Both the position numbers and the translations under genes were made by a program. A DNA stretch of 64,000 bases, taken from Candidatus Nealsonbacteria bacterium (GTDB lineage Bacteria > Patescibacteriota > Minisyncoccia > Minisyncoccales > MHMH01). Position 1 is the first letter of the stretch. The number at the start of each line of letters is the position of its first letter. Below the pieces are notes generated by a model. That model worked only from the letters and a program-made list of their open reading frames with translations. It did not search any database and was not told the origin of the DNA. Shown here in pieces: positions 44,389 to 52,952 of the stretch. Location of the stretch: positions 179,317-243,316 of the forward strand of contig JACPGX010000005.1 in the NCBI GenBank assembly GCA_016188865.1. The letters run 5' to 3'.

Positions 44389-45891
44389 CTAATTAATTTT
44401 CCATCTATGCTTTATGGCGTTTGGGTCAAAATATCGCCTATAGTTGTTGGGCTGTAGAATAATAATTGGTTTTGCTTTTTCTTGGATTGATTGGTAAAGC
44501 CGGTTGTATTCCAAGTTATATTTTTTAAGCGCGCCAATTATTTTCTTTTGAATATCGTCCTTCAGGGAAAGGAGACCCTTAACATTCTTTCTCATTTCAA
44601 TATGAATCGCTAAATACTGATCTTGATTATTTTTATATTTTCTCTCTAAAACAAATTTACCGGTAATAAATTTTAATAAAGCATTATTGCCCGATAAAAC
44701 CGCCTTTATATGTTCGGGGTAAATCTTTACTCCGTAAAGGGAGGTGGTTTGCCCGCTTTTGCCCAATACCCGCAGAAAGGGCAGTTTCCAATCTGATTTA
44801 GATGGCGCTTGAGCCATTTTTTCATAACTGTAAACATTGCCTCTATCACCGATGTTATACCTAATCAAAGGAATGCCGCCGTAAGCTGAAAAAACCAGCT
44901 CTTCGCCAGCTTCTTCATAATATTTCAGTAAAGGATTGTATTGAACTAAAGTATAATCTAACAGGCGGTCGTCTTTGCGCCTGATTTTTATGCTTAGAGG
45001 AGTTTCGTGGCCTAAAATGCCGGCATCTGCAGAGCCATAAATATTGCAGGAAGTTTTTAAGGCATCTTTGGCCCCAACTTTTTTCAAAATAAAATCACGC
45101 CAAGATTCGCTAAAACTTTCTGTGGCGAATAAAAACTTAATTTTTATTTTTTCCCAATCGATTCCTTCGTCTCTCCCCCTTTCTATAATATCTTTAATAA
45201 ATGGCGGATATCCGGCAATGATTGTTTGGGAAAATTTAGGGCTCATTTCCCCGACAATCCTTAAGGTTTCATCTATATTTATGCCCGGAGCAATACAGGT
45301 TACAGGATATGATTTTTGGGCCGTTCTCAAGACAGAGTTTAAAGTGATGACGCCTGCAATATAAATTCCCATTGAAAAGGTGATAATAAATAAGGTGCTA
45401 CGCTCATCTGCCTCAAAAATGTCTTTTAACATAAGCTCATGCAGAATGCTGGTTTCCAATTCCAAATTATTGCCTCTTGGCCAAAAAAAAGGCTTTCCCG
45501 AAGAGCCGGAGCTTACAGATAAAAGCGTATTTTTTTCCAGAACTCCATCCCAGCATAACTCCTGCAAGGGGTAAAATTTCAAATAATTTTCTTTATTAGT
45601 CTGCGGAACTTTGCTAAAATCGCCGATATTTTTTATTTTATCCGTATTTATTTTGTTTTTCTTGAGAAAATCTTTATAAGCTGGCACCTTGGTTGAAGCT
45701 GCCTTAAACAAACTAAGGGCCATTTCCTCGCCCTTTTTTTGCCAAAAATCAGGATTTTTTGAAACCAAAATTTTAGAACAATAATCAGCGTCAAAAATAT
45801 CAAAATCGCTGATATTGCCCCTTAATTTAACCCCGCTTTTGTAGAAAAATTTAAAATAAGGATTCAGCATGATATTTTCATATAATAACAA
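44389..45891 (-). CDS. Adenylate-forming enzyme, phenylacetate-CoA ligase / F390 synthetase-like
   Basis: VSSGSSGKPFFWPR resembles the (T/S)SG(T/S)xGKP AMP-binding motif of PaaK/CapK-like enzymes. Confidence 0.5.
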   Translation of the reverse strand: MLLYENIMLNPYFKFFYKSGVKLRGNISDFDIFDADYCSKILVSKNPDFWQKKGEEMALSLFKAASTKVPAYKDFLKKNKINTDKIKNIGDFSKVPQTNKENYLKFYPLQELCWDGVLEKNTLLSVSSGSSGKPFFWPRGNNLELETSILHELMLKDIFEADERSTLFIITFSMGIYIAGVITLNSVLRTAQKSYPVTCIAPGINIDETLRIVGEMSPKFSQTIIAGYPPFIKDIIERGRDEGIDWEKIKIKFLFATESFSESWRDFILKKVGAKDALKTSCNIYGSADAGILGHETPLSIKIRRKDDRLLDYTLVQYNPLLKYYEEAGEELVFSAYGGIPLIRYNIGDRGNVYSYEKMAQAPSKSDWKLPFLRVLGKSGQTTSLYGVKIYPEHIKAVLSGNNALLKFITGKFVLERKYKNNQDQYLAIHIEMRKNVKGLLSLKDDIQKKIIGALKKYNLEYNRLYQSIQEKAKPIIILQPNNYRRYFDPNAIKHRWKIN

Positions 45892-45925
45892 AATAAAATG
45901 AAAAATGCACTGGCTGGCAGCGCAT

Positions 45926-46876
45926 TTAACTTATAATAAAATCTTCTATTTTTCTTCTAGGGCTGTGAGGAGCTTCTTTTTCGGCGTAACCCAAGCCAAA
46001 GAGCATTTGCGGTAAAAAACCTTTAAGGTTAAGGGCATTCTTCAGTTTCTCCCTAGCTTCCTGATTTTCTATTGCAGCTACGCGAATCGCGCTGTCTATG
46101 CCTCTTGATTGAGCAGCCAGCAAAATCATTTCAAGGAGCTCCCCTGTTTTTAGCCAGCTTGCGGGATTATTTTCTTTAGAGCTGATAATGCCTACTGCCG
46201 GGAAATTCATAATTCTCTTTTTCTCTTTTTTCGCTTCCACTTTCGACACATTAACATGCCTTAGAATGAAGGGAGCGATAAAAGAAACCAGCAAAGATAT
46301 TCCGTGGCCATTCCCGGGCATGCCATCTTTTTTCATGGTTAAGTTGGTTCTAAGCCAAGAAGCAAGCTCTCGGCGAAAATTACGATTTGACATGGCCTGT
46401 CCCATCGCCTGGCTTGAAATTTCGGCAATCTTTGATTTTAATTCCTGGCCGGTAATAAAATTTATTCTTAAGCTTTTCTCGCAATTAAGGTTTTCCAACT
46501 CCTTAAGGTTTGGCTCGGGTATTAACATGTCTTTATATCTATTCCTGTTAGAGCGCCTTTCTGCAATTGCTTTAAAATATTTTTCTGATTTTTCTTTTTC
46601 GCCTCGGAAATTCATTATAGCCGCTAAACCGGTAGGTTCTGAAAGATAATTAAAATCATAAGCTAAGCCAAGGTAGTCAGCGGCAATCTTCAGGTTTGTT
46701 ATAAGACACCCTAAGCTTACAAATAACATTCTACCGTCTTTATCGCCTTCCTTCAGTTTTCTCTTGAAATCAGCGTAAATTTCTAAATTATTTTCTCCAA
46801 TTTTAAAAGCCCATGGCTGGGAATTATGGCTTGAGGGGGCAAGAACACCATAATGAAGTAGTGATTTTATTTCCAT
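45926..46876 (-). CDS. Two-domain nitroreductase family protein (Acg-like)
   Basis: SSHNSQPW motif. Start taken at the internal ATG 46876 (MEIKSLLHYG) abutting the yjbQ-like stop; the tracked start 46954 would overlap by 79 nt. Confidence 0.6.
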   Translation of the reverse strand: MEIKSLLHYGVLAPSSHNSQPWAFKIGENNLEIYADFKRKLKEGDKDGRMLFVSLGCLITNLKIAADYLGLAYDFNYLSEPTGLAAIMNFRGEKEKSEKYFKAIAERRSNRNRYKDMLIPEPNLKELENLNCEKSLRINFITGQELKSKIAEISSQAMGQAMSNRNFRRELASWLRTNLTMKKDGMPGNGHGISLLVSFIAPFILRHVNVSKVEAKKEKKRIMNFPAVGIISSKENNPASWLKTGELLEMILLAAQSRGIDSAIRVAAIENQEAREKLKNALNLKGFLPQMLFGLGYAEKEAPHSPRRKIEDFIIS

Positions 46877-47322
46877 TATTCTTCTCCTATTATCTGAATT
46901 TGCACCTGCCTTTGCCTGGGTTTGTCTAATTCTACCAAAAAAATTCTTTGCCACTGTCCCATTTGTAATTTTCCATCCATTATATTCAAAGTTAAATTTG
47001 ATGGAAAGTGCAGGGCCAGGCAGTGAGAATGGCCATTTTTACATTCGTCTTGGCAGATATTTACAGTCCTTATAGTAAAATCGTTATGCCTATAGGGTAA
47101 GTCTTTGGGTGACAATTGAGCTAAATGATTTTTAAAATCATCCAATAAAAGCGGTTCGTTTTCATTCAAAACCAAGGGAGCGGTAGTATGCATAGTTTGA
47201 ATATTTAAAAAACCGTTTTGTATGCCGGTTTCTGCGAGAAATGCCTCAACTGCCTTAGTGAGATCGATAAATTCAAACTCTTCTTTGGTATTTAATTGAA
47301 TGACTTTATTAAGTATTTTCAT
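46876..47322 (-). CDS. YjbQ/UPF0047 family protein
   Basis: TTAPLVLNENEP...DF..HL...NGHSHC...LNIMDGKLQMGQWQRIFLVELD matches the YjbQ family pattern. Confidence 0.7.
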   Translation of the reverse strand: MKILNKVIQLNTKEEFEFIDLTKAVEAFLAETGIQNGFLNIQTMHTTAPLVLNENEPLLLDDFKNHLAQLSPKDLPYRHNDFTIRTVNICQDECKNGHSHCLALHFPSNLTLNIMDGKLQMGQWQRIFLVELDKPRQRQVQIQIIGEE

Positions 47323-47378
47323 TTTTTAGCACTAATTTCAATATTACGCATGATACTTTGATAGTCAAGGGCAAAACC

Positions 47379-47403
47379 AAAAGCCCCCTTAGGGGGCTTT
47401 TTT
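47379..47403. terminator. Bidirectional terminator hairpin
   Basis: AAAAGCCCCC TTA GGGGGCTTTTTT. Confidence 0.8.
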
Positions 47404-47472
47404 CCTTCTGCCGAGAATGTAAGCTAGTACTCCGACCGCGGATATGATTAAAATTAAATAAAAAAGCGTCAT
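47389..47472 (-). CDS. Possible 27-aa hydrophobic micropeptide downstream of murC
   Basis: ATG 47472 lies 2 nt after the murC stop. MTLFYLILIISAVGVLAYILGRRKKAP. The stop lies in the terminator loop. Confidence 0.35.
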   Translation of the reverse strand: MTLFYLILIISAVGVLAYILGRRKKAP

Positions 47473-47474
47473 AT

Positions 47475-48728
47475 TTATATTTTCATTTTTTCTAATTCAT
47501 CGGTCAATAGGTAGATATCCCCAGCCCCCATAATGATAATAATTTGGCCGCTTTGCATGTTAGCCTGCAAGTAATTAATGATTTTATCTTTCGGCAAATA
47601 AATAACCTTCTTTTTATTTATCGCTTGAACTAATTTTTGAGAATTTATTTGTTTTTTGGTTGCAGTTTCTTCTCTGCCTGCAACATCATATATGTCGGTA
47701 ATTATAATTCTGTTAACTGGAGCAGTTTTAAATGCCTTTACAAAATCATCGAACAAATAATAAGTTCTCTGATATTGATGGGGCTGATAGACGCACCAGA
47801 TTTCTTTTTTAGGCCATTTTTCTCTAGCCGCTTTCAGGGCAGCCATTACTTTTTGGGGATTATGCCCGTAATCGGAAACTAAAATAAATGGTTTTGTTTT
47901 AATAATTTCAAATCTTCGCCACGCGCCTTTGTATTTAGACAGCGCTTTAAGAGAAATTTTATCAGTAATTTTCAGAGCCCTAGCAGCCGTCAAAGCCAAA
48001 GAAGCATCATAAACATTGTGTCCACCGGGAACTTTTAGTATTTTTTTTAATTTTAAATTATCATTTTGATTTTTGATATTTGAATTTTGAATTAAGATGC
48101 CACCTTTTGGCAGGTGGCCAATAAATTTTTTAAATGATTTTTTAACGTTTTTAAGATTTTTATAATAATCTAAATGATCGGCTTCGATATTTGTTACAAT
48201 AATCATCTCCGGCCAATAGTTTAAAAATGATCCAAAATGCTCATCTGCTTCAATAACGAGAACGTTTCTCCCGCGGAGAAGCGTTCTCGCGACATTACGT
48301 TTAGGTTCGCCGCCCGCCCTAAAATTACCATTACCAAACTCTTTAAGTTTGGTGCCAATTATTACAGTCGGATCAAAACCAGCCTTAATCAGAATTAGAG
48401 AGAGCATGGCAGTTGTCGTGCTTTTGCCGTGTGTTCCGCAAACAGCTATTGTAAAATGCTGTTTGGTTAGCTCCCCCAGCGCCTCCGGATAGCTCATCGT
48501 GTGCACCCCGCGGGGGTGCACAGTTACTGCGGGACTATAAATGGTTAAATTAGCGTCTTTCTTCGCTACATTCTTGCCGATAGTGATTTTGGCCCCTCTC
48601 TTTTTAAGGAGATTGGTAATTTCTGAAAAAACCAAATCAGAGCCGCTGACTTTGTGGCCTTTTGCAAGATAATATTGGGCTAAAGCTGAAACTCCTATCC
48701 CGCCTATGCCGAGAAAGTGAACCTTCAT
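47475..48728 (-). CDS. murC: UDP-N-acetylmuramate--L-alanine ligase
   Basis: KVHFLGIGGIGVSALAQYYLAKGHKVSGSD, GTHGKSTTT, and NIEADHLDYY. Confidence 0.95.
   Translation of the reverse strand: MKVHFLGIGGIGVSALAQYYLAKGHKVSGSDLVFSEITNLLKKRGAKITIGKNVAKKDANLTIYSPAVTVHPRGVHTMSYPEALGELTKQHFTIAVCGTHGKSTTTAMLSLILIKAGFDPTVIIGTKLKEFGNGNFRAGGEPKRNVARTLLRGRNVLVIEADEHFGSFLNYWPEMIIVTNIEADHLDYYKNLKNVKKSFKKFIGHLPKGGILIQNSNIKNQNDNLKLKKILKVPGGHNVYDASLALTAARALKITDKISLKALSKYKGAWRRFEIIKTKPFILVSDYGHNPQKVMAALKAAREKWPKKEIWCVYQPHQYQRTYYLFDDFVKAFKTAPVNRIIITDIYDVAGREETATKKQINSQKLVQAINKKKVIYLPKDKIINYLQANMQSGQIIIIMGAGDIYLLTDELEKMKI
48257..48289. repeat. Intragenic palindromic element, copy 5 (inside murC)
   Basis: CGAGAACGTTTCTC-CCGCGG-AGAAGCGTTCTCG. 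Encodes ARTLLRGRNVLV just before the conserved IEADE. Confidence 0.85.
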
Positions 48729-49219
48729 TTCAATAAAAATGATTCTAAAATAGTATATTGAGGACCGCCGCGTTTCAATTCGCTTTCCATTAATTCTATG
48801 GAATTTACATCAAAACTTAAATTAATCTCCTCATTTACCTCCGGTCTTTCTTCTGGTTCAATCTGCTTCCAGGCCCAAGTTTTAATTCTAGCCAAGGTAA
48901 TGTGAGGAATAAAATTAAATTCCTCATTTTTTCTGCCAACAGCCCAAATCATTCTTGGGGGCATTTTATCCGGCGGGCCGTAGCATATTTTATTGAGATT
49001 GATAGTGAAAGATTCATGTTTTAAGGCTAGCTCTTTTGTGTTTTGGAGGATCGTTAAAATTTCATCGTCAGTAATATAACCCAAAAATTCCAAAGTAATA
49101 TGAAGATTTTCAGGCCTTGTCCAACGGCAGGGCAATTCAGGCCATTTTAATTGGTAGCCAGCAAGCTCTTTTCTTATATCTTCCGGTAAATTTATTGCAA
49201 TAAAAATCCTATGCCTCAT
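48725..49219 (-). CDS. thpR: RNA 2',3'-cyclic phosphodiesterase (2H family, LigT/ThpR)
   Basis: Two HxTx motifs (LHITLEFLG and PHITLARI). Confidence 0.8.
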   Translation of the reverse strand: MRHRIFIAINLPEDIRKELAGYQLKWPELPCRWTRPENLHITLEFLGYITDDEILTILQNTKELALKHESFTINLNKICYGPPDKMPPRMIWAVGRKNEEFNFIPHITLARIKTWAWKQIEPEERPEVNEEINLSFDVNSIELMESELKRGGPQYTILESFLLK

Positions 49220-49301
49220 ATAAAAATACTATAGCACACGAAAAAGCATTTAAAGAGAGAGCTTAAGACTCTCTCTTTTTTTGTTTGTTGGAAAGAAGAT
49301 T

Positions 49302-49913
49302 TTAAATTTCCCCTATTTCAGCCTTTCTGATGCCGCATAAGAATAATTTTATTAAGAAAAAAATATCCGGAAGATAAGAGTCATTCAAGCCCAGGAACCT
49401 GCTCATTTCACATACCTGATCCGGCCACAAAGCATGGAATAATCTCATTTCTCCTTTTATCCCATCAATTTCTGCCTGACTGGCAGAAAAATATTTCCTT
49501 TCTTCGGTAATTTCTGCAGAAATCAGAAAAGGAAATTGCGAGTCATTGGATAAAAAGATTGGATAGAGAGCCACAAGGGCAAGATTTATAAATTTTGGGA
49601 GTTGGTCTATTTCCCATTTGGCTTGAGCCGCCATGGGAGATGAATTGCTCTCCTCCATTTTCAAGGCCAAGTAAGTATGCATTTTTCTGGCAGTATCGCA
49701 GATTCTTAAAAACTCTCCGTAAAAAGCCGGGGAATCAGATTCGAAAGATTGTCTGAAAAAAATAATATACTGGCAATGCCCCCAGCACTCTTTGGGGATA
49801 TTTTCCCTGCTGCTAAAAATACAAAGATGTGTTTGGTCGCAGCTTCTTTCGCCCGCTAGTTCTGCTAGTATTATATTTTTTCCTTTTTCCAGATCACCGC
49901 TCGAAATAACCAT
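49302..49913 (-). CDS. Hypothetical protein
   Basis: 203-aa ORF. No family recognised. Confidence 0.45.
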   Translation of the reverse strand: MVISSGDLEKGKNIILAELAGERSCDQTHLCIFSSRENIPKECWGHCQYIIFFRQSFESDSPAFYGEFLRICDTARKMHTYLALKMEESNSSPMAAQAKWEIDQLPKFINLALVALYPIFLSNDSQFPFLISAEITEERKYFSASQAEIDGIKGEMRLFHALWPDQVCEMSRFLGLNDSYLPDIFFLIKLFLCGIRKAEIGEI

Positions 49914-50038
49914 TCTTCCGCCGCCTCATATTTTGTTTTTATATGTATTGTATATGTACTGAAAATAATTATATTACTTTAAATAAAATTTGTCAAATCG
50001 ATTTAATCTGGAGTATACTATAAGTAGTTAAAAAAATT

Positions 50039-50473
50039 ATGGATAAAAGGCAAAAAATAAAAGAAACGGAAATTCAGGAAATCGTTAATCATTATTTTTA
50101 CGGCAAGGGATTAACTTTAGGGCAGATAAAAGAGGATGCCAGGAAAAAAAGGATAATTTACTCCAGATTCACCAGGCCGGCAAAACAGCTGCTAGAGCTA
50201 GCCGGTTCTGTCAAAAAAGCTAAAGAAGCTATAGACAAGGTGGCAGAATGGGCGAAATCACGGAATTTAGATTACGCCATTGAAACAGTTTTCAAAAAAT
50301 GGCTGGAATTGGACAGATTAAAGCCCAAAGAAGTGGTAAAGAAGCCTTATTATCAAGGCAATCCAATGGTTTGGTCGGAAACCAAAAGGAAGTGGTATGT
50401 AGTTGATGAAGCCGGCCAGTGGCTTGAGTTCGACGCTAAGGAATCAGAAATCGAATGGAAAATAATAAAATAA
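50039..50473 (+). CDS. Hypothetical protein
   Basis: 144-aa ORF with a possible promoter TTGTCA...TATACT upstream. Confidence 0.5.
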   Translation: MDKRQKIKETEIQEIVNHYFYGKGLTLGQIKEDARKKRIIYSRFTRPAKQLLELAGSVKKAKEAIDKVAEWAKSRNLDYAIETVFKKWLELDRLKPKEVVKKPYYQGNPMVWSETKRKWYVVDEAGQWLEFDAKESEIEWKIIK

Positions 50474-51330
50474 AAATAGTCTTTATAGGCACGCCGGAGT
50501 TTGGGGCAGTTATTTTGGAAAAATTATGCCAGGCGAATATGGCGCCTATTTTAGTTATTACAGAAATCGACAAACCCGTCGGCAGAAAGCAGATTATTAC
50601 TTCTTCGCCGGTAAAAATTATGGCCGAAAGCTATAAAATTCCAGTATTGCAGCCGGAGAAAATTATAAATTCGGCATTAGAAATTAAAAATTTCAGTCCG
50701 AAACTCATCGTGGTTGCTTCTTATGGGCAGATTTTGCCCAAAGAAATATTAGATATTCCTAAATATGGAAGCTTGAATGTCCACCCATCTTTATTGCCTA
50801 AATATCGCGGCCCTTCGCCTATTCAGTCCGCCATTTTAAAGGGTGAAATCAAAACAGGCGTAACTATTATGTTAGTGGACGAGCAAATGGATCATGGCCC
50901 GATTTTGGCTCAAAAACAAACAACTATCGGGCTTAATGAAACAGCAAAACAGCTTCATGACAGACTGGCTATTTTGGGAGCGGAAGTTTTAATAGATACG
51001 ATTCCAGACTGGCTGGCAGGTAGGATAAAAGCGCGTTTACAGGATGGGAAAAAAGCTACTTACACTAAAATTTTAATCAGAGAGGCCGGATTAATTGATT
51101 GGCAGAAATCTCCGCAAGAAATAGAACGCCAAATTCGCGCTTTTAATCCCTGGCCGGGAACTTACGCTATGCACAAAGGAAAAAGAATTAAAATTTTGCA
51201 AGCAAGATTGGAAAATGGTAAACTGATAATCGAAAGGGTTCAACCCGAAGGCAAAAAACCGATGAACCTTAAGGAATTTCTTCGGGGTAACCCAGATTCA
51301 CCATTAAAACATTATGTTAACACACACTGA
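50455..51330 (+). CDS. fmt: Methionyl-tRNA formyltransferase
   Basis: KIVFIGTPEFG, SLNVHPSLLPKYRGPSPIQ. Confidence 0.9.
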   Translation: MENNKIKIVFIGTPEFGAVILEKLCQANMAPILVITEIDKPVGRKQIITSSPVKIMAESYKIPVLQPEKIINSALEIKNFSPKLIVVASYGQILPKEILDIPKYGSLNVHPSLLPKYRGPSPIQSAILKGEIKTGVTIMLVDEQMDHGPILAQKQTTIGLNETAKQLHDRLAILGAEVLIDTIPDWLAGRIKARLQDGKKATYTKILIREAGLIDWQKSPQEIERQIRAFNPWPGTYAMHKGKRIKILQARLENGKLIIERVQPEGKKPMNLKEFLRGNPDSPLKHYVNTH

Positions 51331-51877
51331 TTTAAAAAAGGGAGTAAGAATTATTTTAGACGGCCAGCCATGTGAGATTTTGGAAGCCAACTCCATGAAA
51401 AAAGCCCAGCGCCGGCCGGTTGTCCAGTCAAAAATAAAAAATTTGATTACCGGCAATGTATTGGAAAGAAATTTTCAGCAAGGCGAGGTTTTTGAAGAAG
51501 CCGAGCTTTTAAAATTAAAAGCGAAATTTCTTTATTCCCACAGAGAACATTATTTTTTTTGCGAAGAAGAAAATCCCTCAAAAAGGTTTGATTTAGTTTT
51601 GGAGCAAATTGGCGAGCAGGCAAAATTTTTAAGGCCGAATCTGCCGGTTGAAGCGTTGATTTTTGAGGAAAAAATCATTAGTATCATTTTACCGATTAAA
51701 ATTGAGATGAAGGTTACCGAAGCTCCTCCGGGAGTACAAGGCGATAGGGCTCAAGGCGGCACTAAGGCTGTAACGGTAGAAAGCGGAGCTATCGTAAACG
51801 TTCCCCTATTTGTTGAAGAAGGCGATATAATAGAAATCAATACTGATACCGGCGAATACGTCAAACGAGTAGAATAA
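51314..51877 (+). CDS. efp: Elongation factor P
   Basis: DLKKGVRIILDGQPCEILE, and KAQRRPVVQSKIKNLITG in the KOW region. Confidence 0.9.
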   Translation: MLTHTDLKKGVRIILDGQPCEILEANSMKKAQRRPVVQSKIKNLITGNVLERNFQQGEVFEEAELLKLKAKFLYSHREHYFFCEEENPSKRFDLVLEQIGEQAKFLRPNLPVEALIFEEKIISIILPIKIEMKVTEAPPGVQGDRAQGGTKAVTVESGAIVNVPLFVEEGDIIEINTDTGEYVKRVE

Positions 51878-51882
51878 CAAAG

Positions 51883-51915
51883 AAGCTCTCTCTTGAAAAG
51901 GAGGGAGCTTTTTGT
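51883..51915 (+). terminator. Rho-independent terminator after efp
   Basis: AAGCTCTCTC TTGAAAAG GAGGGAGCTT followed by TTTG. Confidence 0.7.
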
Positions 51916-51932
51916 TGTGGTATAATAAAATC

Positions 51933-52871
51933 ATGCAGGCGTTTGAGTTTCATTTTAACCCGAGAAGAGGAGACAACGTAGTCTTTGATAGTTTTGTTTT
52001 TGATAATTTATGCATGGCAGGAGAATTAATCCATGCCATGCCGCAAAATAAAAATTTCATAGAAACTCTTTCAAATATCATAAAGGATGGTTTTTACGCT
52101 AAAATAGATTTTGCCGAATCGCTAAGGGGAGCTAATAATTTTTTAGATAAAGAGACAAAATCGGGCAATGTCGGCTGGCTGGGAAATTTAAATTTCGCCG
52201 CAATTAACGTGCAAAATTCTGTTCTGAATTTTACTAAAGTTGGAAATATAAAAATTTTATTGCTAAGAGAGGGCGAGGTTCTTGATATCAGCCAAAACCT
52301 GGAACTTCAAGATACGGAGCCCTATCCCATGAAAGTATTCAGCAATACGGCTTCAGGAAAATTATCTTCAGAAGACAAAATTCTTATTTTAACTAAAGAT
52401 ATTTTTTCTATTATCTCTAAAAATGAAGTTTTTTTAAATCAATTAGGCCAAGCAGTCAACGATAAGGCGGTAAGGAAAATTTTTCAATCGCAAAAAAGCG
52501 CTATTTCTGAAATTTCCGGAATGTGTCTGCTGATTACTGATGTTAACGCCGTTTCTATGGCGCCTGCAATCAAAATACCTGCAATCAAAATACCTAAAAA
52601 ATTTATTTTAATCGGCGGGTTGATTCTGATTCTGATAATATCTTTTTTCTTATTTTCCGGAGAAAAAACAGAACAAGAGCAAAAATCGCTGCAATACCAA
52701 AAAGAATTAGATGAAGCTCGCTCTAAAATAATGATGGCGGAAAATTTCATTATTCTTAGAAAAAACGAAAAAGCCCAAGCTTCATATCAAGAAGCCTGGG
52801 ACATTCTCCAGCCAATTCAGACAAAAGAAGCTATGTCTCTTAAAGAATCGATAGAAAAATATATAAAATAA
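51933..52871 (+). CDS. Hypothetical protein with C-terminal TM helix and coiled coil
   Basis: Start moved to ATG 51933 because TGgTATAAT (51918-51926) lies inside the tracked N-terminus. Contains the tandem PAIKIPAIKIP. Confidence 0.5.
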   Translation: MQAFEFHFNPRRGDNVVFDSFVFDNLCMAGELIHAMPQNKNFIETLSNIIKDGFYAKIDFAESLRGANNFLDKETKSGNVGWLGNLNFAAINVQNSVLNFTKVGNIKILLLREGEVLDISQNLELQDTEPYPMKVFSNTASGKLSSEDKILILTKDIFSIISKNEVFLNQLGQAVNDKAVRKIFQSQKSAISEISGMCLLITDVNAVSMAPAIKIPAIKIPKKFILIGGLILILIISFFLFSGEKTEQEQKSLQYQKELDEARSKIMMAENFIILRKNEKAQASYQEAWDILQPIQTKEAMSLKESIEKYIK

Positions 52872-52886
52872 ACAGCTTGAAATTAA

Positions 52887-52928
52887 GAGGTCCGACCTCC
52901 TCTCAAATTTGAGTGGAGGTCGGACCTC
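52887..52928. repeat. GAGGTCCGAC-family hairpin (copy C) between convergent genes
   Basis: GAGGTCCGACCTCCTCTCAAA / TTTGAGTGGAGGTCGGACCTC, a 42-nt near-perfect palindrome, then AAAATAT. Confidence 0.8.
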
Positions 52929-52952
52929 AAAATATCGTATTCGGTTAGTCGG

